A stretch of DNA of 64,000 nucleotides. It comes from Pseudomonadota bacterium. Lineage in GTDB: Bacteria; Pseudomonadota; Gammaproteobacteria; Ga0077536. The translations under genes were made by a program, and so were the position numbers. The stretch is taken from the NCBI GenBank assembly GCA_036158955.1, contig JAYYFI010000015.1:59849-123848 (forward strand), written 5' to 3'. The notes beneath the pieces were generated by a model, which ran no database searches, had not been told where the DNA came from, and saw only the letters and a list, made by a program, of their open reading frames with translations. This document shows positions 1 to 9,738 of this stretch, piece by piece; the stretch's first letter is position 1, and each line of letters starts with the position of its first letter.

Positions 1-1
1 G

Positions 2-256
2 GTTGATTACGCATGGGATGAGATTATCGAAGTCGGTAACTCACTGACCGGAGAATTAGTAATCATAACTCATGGTTTAATTATAAAGGATTTACTGAAA
101 AGAAAATTACTTTTAGACGATAGGGTCACTCCAAAATATGACATAGTACCCAACACCTCGATCACTATCTTCGAACCCACCTGTCCATATAAAGTAATTA
201 AATTTGCTTGCACAAAGCATTTGAAATCTATCGAAATCAATCAAGGTATAGCCTAA
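2..256 (+). CDS. histidine phosphatase (phosphoglycerate-mutase-like) family protein, C-terminal fragment; 5' end lies outside the window
   Basis: The frame is open from the window edge to TAA at 254-256. The translation ...GELVIITHGLIIKDLLKRKL... resembles the second catalytic His region of the histidine phosphatase superfamily. Confidence 0.45.
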   Translation, partial: VDYAWDEIIEVGNSLTGELVIITHGLIIKDLLKRKLLLDDRVTPKYDIVPNTSITIFEPTCPYKVIKFACTKHLKSIEINQGIA

Positions 257-265
257 AATTCAATC

Positions 266-814
266 TTAAGAAATGACCGGTGAATACTGGTATCTTAGTA
301 CTAAATCAAGATTCTGTAAGTTACTACTATCGTTCCTTAAATCACAAATGAATATTCCACAGGTGGCTAACATTTCCATGTTGGTGTTTGACGCTTGTTT
401 AAATTTGAGTTCATTGAGAACGTCTGACATGCCTGGATTGTGACCCACTACCAAAGTCTTAGTATTTTGCTTTCTCTTATACTTCAAAATTCTTTTGATG
501 GTGTGTAATGGAGCTAGATATAGTTCTTCAATATATTCACAGTTTGCAGTCAATCTAAGTCCAGACAACTGCTCAACCAGATTAACCGTTTCAATGCATC
601 GATTTGCGCTCGAGCATAACGTTACGATAGGTGGCTTGATTGTCGAAAATATTGCCGCAGTTTGTTTACATTCCTCTTTCCCTAAACTTGAAAGGGATCT
701 TTGAAAGTCAGGAATCTGCTGAACAGAATGACCATGTCGCATGAATATGATCGAACCTGAAGAAAGCCACTCCAGACTGTTCGATGGGTCAAACTCTGAA
801 TTAATTATGCTCAC
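266..814 (-). CDS. SixA-like phosphohistidine phosphatase / histidine phosphatase family protein
   Basis: 182 aa. It has an RHG motif (IIFMRHGHS) near the N-terminus and a second His motif (LVVGHNPGMS). The size is typical of SixA. Confidence 0.65.
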   Translation of the reverse strand: MSIINSEFDPSNSLEWLSSGSIIFMRHGHSVQQIPDFQRSLSSLGKEECKQTAAIFSTIKPPIVTLCSSANRCIETVNLVEQLSGLRLTANCEYIEELYLAPLHTIKRILKYKRKQNTKTLVVGHNPGMSDVLNELKFKQASNTNMEMLATCGIFICDLRNDSSNLQNLDLVLRYQYSPVIS

Positions 815-894
815 CAGTTTGACCCAATCGATACATTACCCGCGTTAACACATTCTTTAAATCGGCAGCACTAAAAAAAAGTTTAATTACAGAA

Positions 895-2280
895 TCACGC
901 TACCAAAAGGCCTTGTCTTTGCGCCCATTCAAGAGTTTCATCCAAGGATTTCGTATATCTAACAAAAATTTCACCTATTTCATCCTCAGAAGATATGAGT
1001 GGAGGGCATAAGCACATTGCATCGCCTATGGCTCGGGCAAGCAAACCATTTTTTTTCATTCTTTCTAAACAATAAGCCCCAACAGCTTTATCCGTTGGAA
1101 ATGGTGTTTTTTGTTTTTTATCTTTAACCAATTCACAAGCACCTATCAAACCTTTTCCCCTTACCTCTCCCACCAAGGGGTGTGTTGACAGACTATTTAA
1201 TTTTGCTTGGAAACTTTCCCCTAACTTCGACGCTTTCTCAAAAATTTTATCTCGTTGGTAAATTTCAAGAACTTTTAACCCAACCGCTGCCGCAACTGGG
1301 TGACCGCTATACGTAAAACCGTGACCAAATATACCCATTTCTTTACTGGCTGAAAGTATTGCTTGATACATAAAATCCGGAATCATCACAGCACTCAGTG
1401 GCTGATATGCAGACGTTAAGGATTTAGCCAGTGTCACAGTATCAGGGGTAAAGCCAAAGGTCTCACAACCGAAAGGATTTCCCGTTCTGCCAAAACCTGT
1501 TACCACTTCATCGGCTATAAACAAAACGTCATATTTTTTTAATACAGGATGGATTTTTTGAAAATACATGTCTGGAGGAACAATTACTCCCCCCGCACCC
1601 ATAATAGGCTCAGCTATGAAGGCTGCCACTGTCTTTGGGTCTTGTTCAATAATGAAGTTTTCAAGATTAATCGCCAACCGATCACAATACTCCTCTTCCG
1701 ATTCACCCTCTTCTGCATTCCAGTAATAATGGGGGCAATCTACGTGATAAAAGCCTTCAATCGGGAGGTCAAAACCCTTGTGATACATTTCGTTGCCCGT
1801 CGCACTAGCTGCATATGAAGCTATGCCGTGATAACCTTTTTTTCTGCCAATAATTTTTTTCTTTTCTGGCCTACCGATCACGTTATTATAGTAACGCACC
1901 AGTTTTATTTGAGTATCATTTGCATCAGAGCCAGAAAGTCCGAAAAATACCTTAGAAAAATTTCCTGGAACCATTTCTTTCAGTTTTTCCGCTAATTCCA
2001 TCGAAATCACCGAACTTTTATCCTTAAATAGATGCTGATAAGAAAGTTTCTTCATTTGTTCATAGGCGGTTTCGGCGATTTCTTCATTCGCATACCCTAG
2101 TGATGTGCACCACAACCCTGCTAAACCGTCGATGTATTGATTATCATGTTCATCATATAGATGAATACCCTCGCCTCTCACAACCATCAAAGGCCCTGAC
2201 TCATTAAGTTCTGAGAAATTCGCCATAGGATGGAAGATCGAATCCAAATCTCTTTTTTGAATTGTTGAAATTGATGCCAC
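895..2280 (-). CDS. class III (omega-type) PLP-dependent aminotransferase
   Basis: 461 aa. Motifs: LSGSDANDTQIKL, FIADEVVTGFGRTG, and the Lys region TLAKSLTS. The layout is typical of omega-amino acid:pyruvate or putrescine aminotransferases. Confidence 0.85.
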   Translation of the reverse strand: MASISTIQKRDLDSIFHPMANFSELNESGPLMVVRGEGIHLYDEHDNQYIDGLAGLWCTSLGYANEEIAETAYEQMKKLSYQHLFKDKSSVISMELAEKLKEMVPGNFSKVFFGLSGSDANDTQIKLVRYYNNVIGRPEKKKIIGRKKGYHGIASYAASATGNEMYHKGFDLPIEGFYHVDCPHYYWNAEEGESEEEYCDRLAINLENFIIEQDPKTVAAFIAEPIMGAGGVIVPPDMYFQKIHPVLKKYDVLFIADEVVTGFGRTGNPFGCETFGFTPDTVTLAKSLTSAYQPLSAVMIPDFMYQAILSASKEMGIFGHGFTYSGHPVAAAVGLKVLEIYQRDKIFEKASKLGESFQAKLNSLSTHPLVGEVRGKGLIGACELVKDKKQKTPFPTDKAVGAYCLERMKKNGLLARAIGDAMCLCPPLISSEDEIGEIFVRYTKSLDETLEWAQRQGLLVA

Positions 2281-2375
2281 AACGCTACCTCTTGTTACTA
2301 GTTTTTTGTATTTACTAAGACCGTATTTTTAGACTACCATTAAATTAACAGAATCTGAATCTAAAAGGTATTTCT

Positions 2376-3008
2376 ATGTCAAAAACTGAGCTTTACTCAC
2401 ATAAAAATCTCGAGAATACAGGCTTGTTTGCCCAACTTGCCCCCCATCAATATGATGCATTTAACAAATTTGCATTCAATTGTTTTGAGCCAGGCGCGCT
2501 TTCACTCACAGAAAAAGAACTAATAGCTGTTTGTTGTGCGCATACACTCAAATGCGCTTACTGTATTGATTACCATGTTAGACTTGCCAAAAAAGCAAAC
2601 GCATCCGATAAACAAATATCGGATGCGGCGTGGCTAGGTGCGAGTTCTGCAGCACTCAATACATTCACTGCACTCAAAGCAACGGGTAGTTGGCTGGAGA
2701 AGGAATCTAATTCAATCCAAGCAGACAAGCATGCGATTCATCAAAAGAAATACGACTCATACGAAATATTTTTGCGCAATTGCCGCGAACATAGTACCAA
2801 CCAAAAATTAGCCTTGCTCTCTATTAATGCTGGGCTTATGACCCTAGGCGCAAGTCGGTCCTTGATAGATTCAATCCTTAGAGAAGCCAGGAATGCTGGT
2901 TGCTCAAACGACACTATTCTAGAAAGCTGTTTCATAGCAGTTGAAATGGCAACAGGTGCATGTTTTGGACACAGTGGTCAAACGGCCTCGATTTTAGAAG
3001 AGAATTGA
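2376..3008 (+). CDS. carboxymuconolactone decarboxylase (AhpD-like) family protein
   Basis: 210 aa. It carries an AhpD-core-like motif, ELIAVCCAHTLKCAYCIDYH (CxxC followed by His). Confidence 0.65.
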   Translation: MSKTELYSHKNLENTGLFAQLAPHQYDAFNKFAFNCFEPGALSLTEKELIAVCCAHTLKCAYCIDYHVRLAKKANASDKQISDAAWLGASSAALNTFTALKATGSWLEKESNSIQADKHAIHQKKYDSYEIFLRNCREHSTNQKLALLSINAGLMTLGASRSLIDSILREARNAGCSNDTILESCFIAVEMATGACFGHSGQTASILEEN

Positions 3009-3089
3009 TAGAACATCCAATTATTCTTGTAGAATGCTTGGATTTATTTTAGGGTTTGGTAGGCAACTAAAAAATTTGAGGGAGTTATT

Positions 3090-4154
3090 ATGGATTACGG
3101 ATTTTCATTTTTATCATTTACTGAAATAGCAGATGATGTAGCTTATGCTGAAGAAAAAGGTTTCACCCACGCGTGGCTATATGACTCACAAATGATCTGT
3201 GGTGATCCATACCAGTGTTTAGCGCTGTGCGGGGACAAAACAAAAAAAATCAAATTAGGTACAAATGTAACAAACCCTAAATCTCGAATCGCTCCAGTTA
3301 CAGCAAATAGTTTTGCGACACTCAATGTTATTGCGCCAGGCAGAGTAATTATGGGAATCGGAACTGGCAACACCGCTCGAAGAGCAATGGGAATGCCTGC
3401 TGCAAAATTAAACGATGTAAAAGAACATATAAAAATTTGCAAAGGTTTATTCGAAGGTGAGCGAGTAAAATATCAGGAAGGAGAAAGAGAGAGAATGATT
3501 CAATTTCTTAATCCAGATAGCGGCTGGATTAACATAAAAGATAAAATTGATGTTTTTGTCGCAGCCAGCGGGCCCAAAGCTCTTGAAATGGCCGGCGAAG
3601 TGGCAGATGGTGTTATTTTATTCGGCGCAGTAGGCGATAGCTTGCTTGAATACGCTCTCCAACATGTTCGGAAAGGTGCTGAAAAAAGCGGGCGAACCAT
3701 GGATGATATTTACGTGATGCTATCCACGGCAGCTCATGTTTGCGGTCCAAATGACTCTCTTGAGACCATGCAAGAAGCTGTTGGAGCGTACGTGACCTCA
3801 CAGTGTAATATTTTTGCTCTTTCTGCCAGCAAAAATCCAGAAGCCTTACCACCAGATGTAAGAGAAGATATTATGAATTTTAAACAAGCTTACAGAACCC
3901 CGGAAGCGTCTATTGAAACCAGACATTTAGATCTTTATAAAGAATATGTTCACACTTTCCAAAAAGAACATGCAGAGCTTGTCACCGAAAAGATGATCAA
4001 AGAAACAACGCTTACTGGAACGAAAGACGAAATAAAAAATAGAATCGCAGAATTGGAAAAAGCTGGTGTTAACCAACTTGCGATTCATGCTGGAACAATG
4101 GGCACACTGCGAGCTGCGATGGATGACTTTGCCGATAATGTGATTAATTATTAA
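3090..4154 (+). CDS. LLM-class (luciferase-like) flavin/F420-dependent oxidoreductase
   Basis: 354 aa. LLM pattern IMGIGTGNTARRAMG and a C-terminal ...TGTKDEIKNRIAELEKAGVNQL. A GAGGGAG ribosome-binding site lies upstream. Confidence 0.8.
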   Translation: MDYGFSFLSFTEIADDVAYAEEKGFTHAWLYDSQMICGDPYQCLALCGDKTKKIKLGTNVTNPKSRIAPVTANSFATLNVIAPGRVIMGIGTGNTARRAMGMPAAKLNDVKEHIKICKGLFEGERVKYQEGERERMIQFLNPDSGWINIKDKIDVFVAASGPKALEMAGEVADGVILFGAVGDSLLEYALQHVRKGAEKSGRTMDDIYVMLSTAAHVCGPNDSLETMQEAVGAYVTSQCNIFALSASKNPEALPPDVREDIMNFKQAYRTPEASIETRHLDLYKEYVHTFQKEHAELVTEKMIKETTLTGTKDEIKNRIAELEKAGVNQLAIHAGTMGTLRAAMDDFADNVINY

Positions 4155-4157
4155 ATA

Positions 4158-4955
4158 ATGAAAAAAAAATACATTGATACCCCAAACGGCGTAATTCATT
4201 ATTACCAAGGTGGACCGGAACATAAAGCACCTATCATTTTTTTACATCAAAATGTAAGTGGTGCAAAAATGTATGAAAGAACTATCGATGCATCTTGCGA
4301 AGATCTTCACTGTATCGCACCCGACATTCCTGGGTTTGGCGGATCCTTCGAACCACCTGAGATAAAATCTATCAGCGAGCTAACCGTTTACATACACGAT
4401 TTTATAAAGACATTAGGTTTTAATCGTTACCATACTTTTGGGAATCATACTGGCGCTGGAATGGCCGCAGAGCTTGCAGCGAAATATCCTAAAGAAGTCT
4501 TGTCCTGCACTATGATAGGCGCATTATTACTTAGCCCCGAGGAAGCTATTCCGTTTCGAGAAGAATTTAGTGGCTCGGTGGGCCCCTCTCATGATGCGAA
4601 ATATCTGCAGGCTACATGGGATTATATTTACAACTTAGGCGGCGATAAAGATTTAGATAACATGAATGATGAATTTTACGGCGCGCTGAGAGCATGGAAA
4701 ATTAGAGGTATGATTTATAAATGTGTTTGGGACTATAAATTTCAAGAATTTTTAGATAACTTACAATGCCCTGTCATGCTAATGTGCGCACCAGATGATG
4801 TATTGTATCTAGGTCATCAAAACACAGCAAAATATCTAAATGATGCAAAAGTTGTTGACTTAACCGGTGCTAATTTTGAACCATATTTTGATGCTAAAAA
4901 CATAGCTAAAAATATGAAAGATTTTTTTGAAGAGAACGATCTTAACGAAGATTAA
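4158..4955 (+). CDS. alpha/beta-fold hydrolase family protein with an atypical nucleophile elbow
   Basis: 265 aa with alpha/beta hydrolase architecture. The elbow reads FGNHTGAGMAAE, placing Thr98 (4449-4451) where Ser is normally found. Confidence 0.7.
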   Translation: MKKKYIDTPNGVIHYYQGGPEHKAPIIFLHQNVSGAKMYERTIDASCEDLHCIAPDIPGFGGSFEPPEIKSISELTVYIHDFIKTLGFNRYHTFGNHTGAGMAAELAAKYPKEVLSCTMIGALLLSPEEAIPFREEFSGSVGPSHDAKYLQATWDYIYNLGGDKDLDNMNDEFYGALRAWKIRGMIYKCVWDYKFQEFLDNLQCPVMLMCAPDDVLYLGHQNTAKYLNDAKVVDLTGANFEPYFDAKNIAKNMKDFFEENDLNED

Positions 4956-5422
4956 CTAGATTTGACCATTCTTTTCGAATAGTCCCACGACGTCATCCAT
5001 GAAGGCTTAATGATCAAGGTAAGTTCCGTCTTCTCTCTTGATAATAAACTAAATGCAAGAGGGGAATTTCTGCTTCCAAGGTATTTATCGACCAGCGAGG
5101 GCAAAACAGGGTTATTCACTGCGCCTGTTATTAAAACCTCACCACGACCTCTAACACCCTTGTAGGGCGCATTATCACCTGCAATTTCGAAACCGCATAA
5201 CGGGTTCTTCTGTAGCCATTTTGAAATTAAGGTTTTCTTTTGGACACTGCAGAACAAGCAATGGGCGTCATAAAGAAACCACAGAGACATAACATAAGGA
5301 TATCCTTCAGTTGTTATACAACTAATACGAGCTGGCAATATCGCAGATTTTAAAAATTGCTCGATTTGATTGATGTTCCAAGTGCTTGCCTTTGCAACTC
5401 TTTCTAAAGAGGTATTATTCAT
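4952..5422 (-). CDS. pyridoxamine 5'-phosphate oxidase (PPOX)-like FMN-binding family protein
   Basis: The ORF runs 4952-5473. ATG at 5422 (MNNTSLERV...) avoids overlap with the upstream SDR stop at 5424. A split-barrel-like pattern ...PYKGVRGRGEVLITG... is present. This assignment is family-level only. Confidence 0.5.
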   Translation of the reverse strand: MNNTSLERVAKASTWNINQIEQFLKSAILPARISCITTEGYPYVMSLWFLYDAHCLFCSVQKKTLISKWLQKNPLCGFEIAGDNAPYKGVRGRGEVLITGAVNNPVLPSLVDKYLGSRNSPLAFSLLSREKTELTLIIKPSWMTSWDYSKRMVKSS

Positions 5423-5423
5423 G

Positions 5424-6194
5424 TTACCAAGTAATCTCACTACCATCCCAACTAAAAAACTTACCCGTATCATTGTAATCTAATTTTGCAATCACTTCCC
5501 ACAATCTCTCTGCTGTCTGCTCTGGTGTAGAAAGTTGCCTAGAGGGAACTCTACGTTGGAAAGGCTTCGACAGTCTAGTGTCCGTCGTACCAGGATGTAA
5601 TGCTATGCATATATGTTTCGGCAACTTCCTTCGCAGCTCAATAGAAGTGTTGACCGTAGACATATTCAAAGCAGCTTTTGCAGCGCGATAAGAATACCAG
5701 CCTCCTAGATGATTGTCGCTAATGCTACCCACCTTTGCAGAAATATTAACTATGATTGATTTGCGGTTTCTATCGAACAATCGATTGAAATGCCGTGCCA
5801 TCAATAAAGGTCCAACTGCGTTTATATTAAAAGATTTTAAAAGATTACTACGACTTATATCCTCAAGCTTTTTTTCTGGGACTGTATGGGAATCATGCAA
5901 AAATCCACCCGCATTGATTAATACATCTAGATACCCGCTAGTATTTAAAACCTTGCTTGCGGCTTCTTCAATATTTTGGTCAGACTCCATATCCAAATGG
6001 ATTAACTCACAAATACCCCCCTCGCTATCCACGAGACTTTCTAACTCAGCCAACCTGTCAGGGTTACTATAAGAAACAAACACTTTTTTCCACGAAAAAT
6101 TTGCTAGCGCGTAGGTCACTAAACCTGCGCCGATTCCTCCTGTCCCGCCTTGAATAAATAATATTGCGTCATCTATACCATGCAAAGTCTTCAT
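5424..6194 (-). CDS. short-chain dehydrogenase/reductase (SDR) family oxidoreductase
   Basis: 256 aa. Rossmann motif GGTGGIGAG and catalytic YSYRAAKAAL (YxxxK). Confidence 0.85.
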   Translation of the reverse strand: MKTLHGIDDAILFIQGGTGGIGAGLVTYALANFSWKKVFVSYSNPDRLAELESLVDSEGGICELIHLDMESDQNIEEAASKVLNTSGYLDVLINAGGFLHDSHTVPEKKLEDISRSNLLKSFNINAVGPLLMARHFNRLFDRNRKSIIVNISAKVGSISDNHLGGWYSYRAAKAALNMSTVNTSIELRRKLPKHICIALHPGTTDTRLSKPFQRRVPSRQLSTPEQTAERLWEVIAKLDYNDTGKFFSWDGSEITW

Positions 6195-6269
6195 GTTTAA
6201 TACACCTAATTAAGTTTTACTAGACAATAGAAATATTTACTGTGACACTGTCTCAAGAGGAGTCTCACA

Positions 6270-6647
6270 TTGATAGATTTAAAATCTAAACAACCAACCA
6301 TTACAGTATATTACGATGACCAGTGTCCTTTGTGTACACGTGAAATAAATTTTTATAAAAGAAAAATTGATCCAAATAGCGCTTATTGGGAGCCGCTTAG
6401 CAATGTGAATGAGGAGAAAATCGACAAAGGCAAGGCTTTGGAAAAGCTTCACGTTTCAGATAGTGATGGAAATCTATTCATTGGTGCAGATGCATTCATT
6501 GAAATTTGGACCAGAGTTCCAGAATTCGGTAAATTTGCGGAAATTCTCAAGTTCCCTGTATTTAAAACATTTTTAGAAATTTGTTATGAGATCTTTTTAA
6601 TTCTAAGAAGACATACTTGGAGACGGCAATCATGTGCCAAAAAATAA
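6270..6647 (+). CDS. DCC-family (DUF393) thiol-disulfide oxidoreductase
   Basis: 125 aa with a TTG start. N-terminal motif VYYDDQCPLCTREINFY (the D-C-x-x-C signature). Confidence 0.7.
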   Translation: MIDLKSKQPTITVYYDDQCPLCTREINFYKRKIDPNSAYWEPLSNVNEEKIDKGKALEKLHVSDSDGNLFIGADAFIEIWTRVPEFGKFAEILKFPVFKTFLEICYEIFLILRRHTWRRQSCAKK

Positions 6648-8314
6648 TTTACAAAGTCTTTATCGTCATCTCTTATAGCCTAATAACATGTTCCTTTGTT
6701 CAAAAAGCAAATTCATCGGAGACAAAAGTTCCATTAATTACTTCCGAACCCAAATATCCCGCAATCTCGGGTTCATGTGATAAGCTGGCTCAACCTTATA
6801 TTGATCAAGGTCTTAACTGGTTTTATGGCTTTCAATTTGCTAACGCTCTTGTCTCATTTGAAGCGGCCCTCGAGAAAGACGAAAGGTGCGTGGCGGCACT
6901 TTGGGGTATCGCTTTAAATGCCAAGGGGAATCCAAACAGTCGTTATTTAGCTTTTAAAGATGACCCTAAAAAAGAGGGACTTAAAGCGATTAAAAAAGCC
7001 ATAGATATGAAATCAGATACAAATAAATTAACCAAAGAACTTGTTGATGCATTAAGTAAGTTTTACTTACCCTTAAATAAAGATCAGAAAAGTAAAGATC
7101 AAAGTTATACACAAGCAATGCTTGCACTCGCGGAAAAATTTCCATCTAATCCAGATATCAGGACTCTATTTGCAGAAGCTTTCATGACAGAAAACGCATG
7201 GGATTATTGGACGCCAGATGGATCCCCCCGCCCTGGCACAATGAATGCCGTGAATGCACTGAACGAGGCTTTGAATAACGATCCAAATCACCCCGGAGCA
7301 AATCATTTATTTATCCATATTTATGAGGACTCTCAAACACCCCAAATAGCTCTACCTCACGCCGAACGGTTAGCTAATACAATGCCTACCGTAGCTCATA
7401 TGGTACACATGCCTGCCCATATTTATATTAGGACCGGCAAATACCAAAAATCTATTGAACAAAATTTACGTGCCATTGAAGCTGCTGAACAGTTCTTGAA
7501 ACATTGGAAGATTGCCTCAAAGACACATATTGTTAGTCTCCCAATGAGTGCTGAATCAAGCATCGCGCATGCAGATGATTTTATTTGGTATGCGTATATA
7601 GAACAAGGTAACTATAAAAAATCAATCGAGTCTGCTAACCGCATCGCAAATAGAGTCAAAAATAAGATAACAAAAAGTTTGATGGCTCAAGGGAGATATG
7701 TTCTACCAATGCTGACAAACAGAATCTTTGCAAAATGGGATGCAATTTTGGCAAACAAAAATCATCCTGGCGACTCGCAACTAATCAAAGGGATTGAACA
7801 CTTTGTTAAGGGGACTGCTTATATAAACACCAGTGATTTAAAAAAAGCCTTAACCGAATATAGTAACCTGAAAATACTAGCCCTTAAGGAAAATACTCGG
7901 GATATGCAAATATACTCAAACTCAGTTCAAGATATTTTATTGGTCGCAACAAATGTGCTCGGTGCAGAATTAGCTGTCGCCTCAGGTGAAATCGAAAAAG
8001 CAATAGCTCTCTATCAATTAGCAATAATAGCTGAAGACGATCTAAATTATATGGAGCCGCCTGAGTGGCGATTTCCCGTTCGGAGAGAGTTAGGATCGCT
8101 TCTTCTAAAGCTCGGCAGAGCGCAGGAGGCTACTATGATATTCTGGGAGGATCTAAGAAGACACCCAGAAAATGGCTGGGCTTTACATGGAGTGGTCAAA
8201 GGCACCTCCCAAACCAAGGATTTAGAAGAAATGCAACAGGCCGCCGACAGATTTAAAAAAGCATGGGAACATAGCGATACGGAATTAGATGATGCACGAG
8301 CAAAAAGGTTATAA
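6632..8314 (+). CDS. secreted TPR-like repeat protein of unknown function
   Basis: The ORF runs 6617-8314, with a likely start at ATG 6632 (MCQKIIYKVFIVISYSLITCSF, a hydrophobic signal peptide). The body is long and helical-repeat-like. It overlaps the upstream gene by 16 nt. Confidence 0.55.
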   Translation: MCQKIIYKVFIVISYSLITCSFVQKANSSETKVPLITSEPKYPAISGSCDKLAQPYIDQGLNWFYGFQFANALVSFEAALEKDERCVAALWGIALNAKGNPNSRYLAFKDDPKKEGLKAIKKAIDMKSDTNKLTKELVDALSKFYLPLNKDQKSKDQSYTQAMLALAEKFPSNPDIRTLFAEAFMTENAWDYWTPDGSPRPGTMNAVNALNEALNNDPNHPGANHLFIHIYEDSQTPQIALPHAERLANTMPTVAHMVHMPAHIYIRTGKYQKSIEQNLRAIEAAEQFLKHWKIASKTHIVSLPMSAESSIAHADDFIWYAYIEQGNYKKSIESANRIANRVKNKITKSLMAQGRYVLPMLTNRIFAKWDAILANKNHPGDSQLIKGIEHFVKGTAYINTSDLKKALTEYSNLKILALKENTRDMQIYSNSVQDILLVATNVLGAELAVASGEIEKAIALYQLAIIAEDDLNYMEPPEWRFPVRRELGSLLLKLGRAQEATMIFWEDLRRHPENGWALHGVVKGTSQTKDLEEMQQAADRFKKAWEHSDTELDDARAKRL

Positions 8315-8316
8315 TT

Positions 8317-9738
8317 ATGGAAAATAAAATTATAGTTTTTCTCAAATATGACTGTCCGACTTGCGAATTAGTTCGACCGCTGCTTGCTGATATACAAAAA
8401 AATATTTCATCGTTCGAAATTTTTGTCCAAGATGATCCCGCATTATTCCCTGATTTAGTTGTCCATGAGGATAAAGACCTTGAGTTATCATTTAAGCATA
8501 AAATTGAAATAGTTCCCACAATATTAAAAATGGAAAAAAATTCAGAAACCGAGCGAATCATAGGATGGAACAAAAGAGAATGGGCAGAAATCTTTCAATT
8601 TTCCGAAGAAAATTACAAATTACCAATCAACAAGCCAGGTTGCGGTTCAAAATCACTTGAACCAGGGATTTTTGAGAAATTAGAAGTCAAATTTGGAGGA
8701 TTTGAATTTACTTCTCGAAGTTTACAAGTAGGAAGCCTCAAAGATGAAATAGAGTTTTGTTTTGAAAGAGGCTGGTCAGATGGATTACCAGTAGTACCAC
8801 CGACAAAAGAAAGAGTTTTTTTAATGTTACAAGGCACTCAAAGAGATCCCAAAGAGGTCCTCGGCCTCATGCCGCCAAACTTACAATCATGTACGGTTGA
8901 GAAGGTTGCCATTAATGCTGTAATGGCCGGTTGTAAACCTGAGTTTTTACCAGTCGTGATTGCAGCAGTTGAAGCGACACTAGATCCGGCTTACTGCCTT
9001 CATGGACTATTAGCAACAACCTGGCTATCTGGTCCAATAATCATCGTAAATGGTGAGATAAGAAAAAAAATTAATATGAATTGGAGAGGTAATGTACTTG
9101 GACAAGGTAATCGTGCGAATTCAACTATAGGGCGTGCACTACAGCTTACAATAAGAAATGTGGGCGGAGGGAAACCGCAAGAGGTTGATCAAGCAACTTT
9201 TGGCACTCCCTCTAAATTAGGCTTCTGTATTGCAGAAGATGAGACTACGCCATGGACTACTCTAGCTGAAGATAATGGTTTTGATAGAAACAAATCTACT
9301 GTAACTCTTCTGTCTGCTGATGGCCCCGTTGGTGTAATTGATCAAAATTCACGTAGCCCTGAGGGTTTAATTAAATCAATCTCAGGCAGCTTAAAATTAG
9401 TTAATCATAAAGATATGGCTAATGCTTCCGACACCATAGTAGTTATCGGACCTGAACATGGCGACGTTTTTGATCGAAACGGTTGGGATAAAAAAACAAC
9501 TGTGGACGCTCTGTACAAAGAGACGACAGTCCCGGCTGGTGGCGACTTTGGGATGATCACAAAAAATTCAACAGAAAATCAAAAAATGGCAGAAAAAAAT
9601 ATACCAAAATTTAGGAATTCTGGTATAACACTTATAAGAGCCGGAGGTTCCGCTGGACTTTTTTCTGCAATCATACCAGGATGGCTTATGAATGGAGAAG
9701 TTGGCACAAACCCAGTAACAATGGAGATAAAAAACTAA
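8317..9738 (+). CDS. thioredoxin-fold (CPTC) N-terminal domain fused to an uncharacterised ~370-aa domain
   Basis: 473 aa. Residues 1-95 are thioredoxin-like (FLKYDCPTCELV ... VPTILK). The rest carries a conserved-looking block, ERGWSDGLPVVPPTKERV, that I cannot assign. The gene starts 2 nt after the TPR gene stop. Confidence 0.6.
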   Translation: MENKIIVFLKYDCPTCELVRPLLADIQKNISSFEIFVQDDPALFPDLVVHEDKDLELSFKHKIEIVPTILKMEKNSETERIIGWNKREWAEIFQFSEENYKLPINKPGCGSKSLEPGIFEKLEVKFGGFEFTSRSLQVGSLKDEIEFCFERGWSDGLPVVPPTKERVFLMLQGTQRDPKEVLGLMPPNLQSCTVEKVAINAVMAGCKPEFLPVVIAAVEATLDPAYCLHGLLATTWLSGPIIIVNGEIRKKINMNWRGNVLGQGNRANSTIGRALQLTIRNVGGGKPQEVDQATFGTPSKLGFCIAEDETTPWTTLAEDNGFDRNKSTVTLLSADGPVGVIDQNSRSPEGLIKSISGSLKLVNHKDMANASDTIVVIGPEHGDVFDRNGWDKKTTVDALYKETTVPAGGDFGMITKNSTENQKMAEKNIPKFRNSGITLIRAGGSAGLFSAIIPGWLMNGEVGTNPVTMEIKN

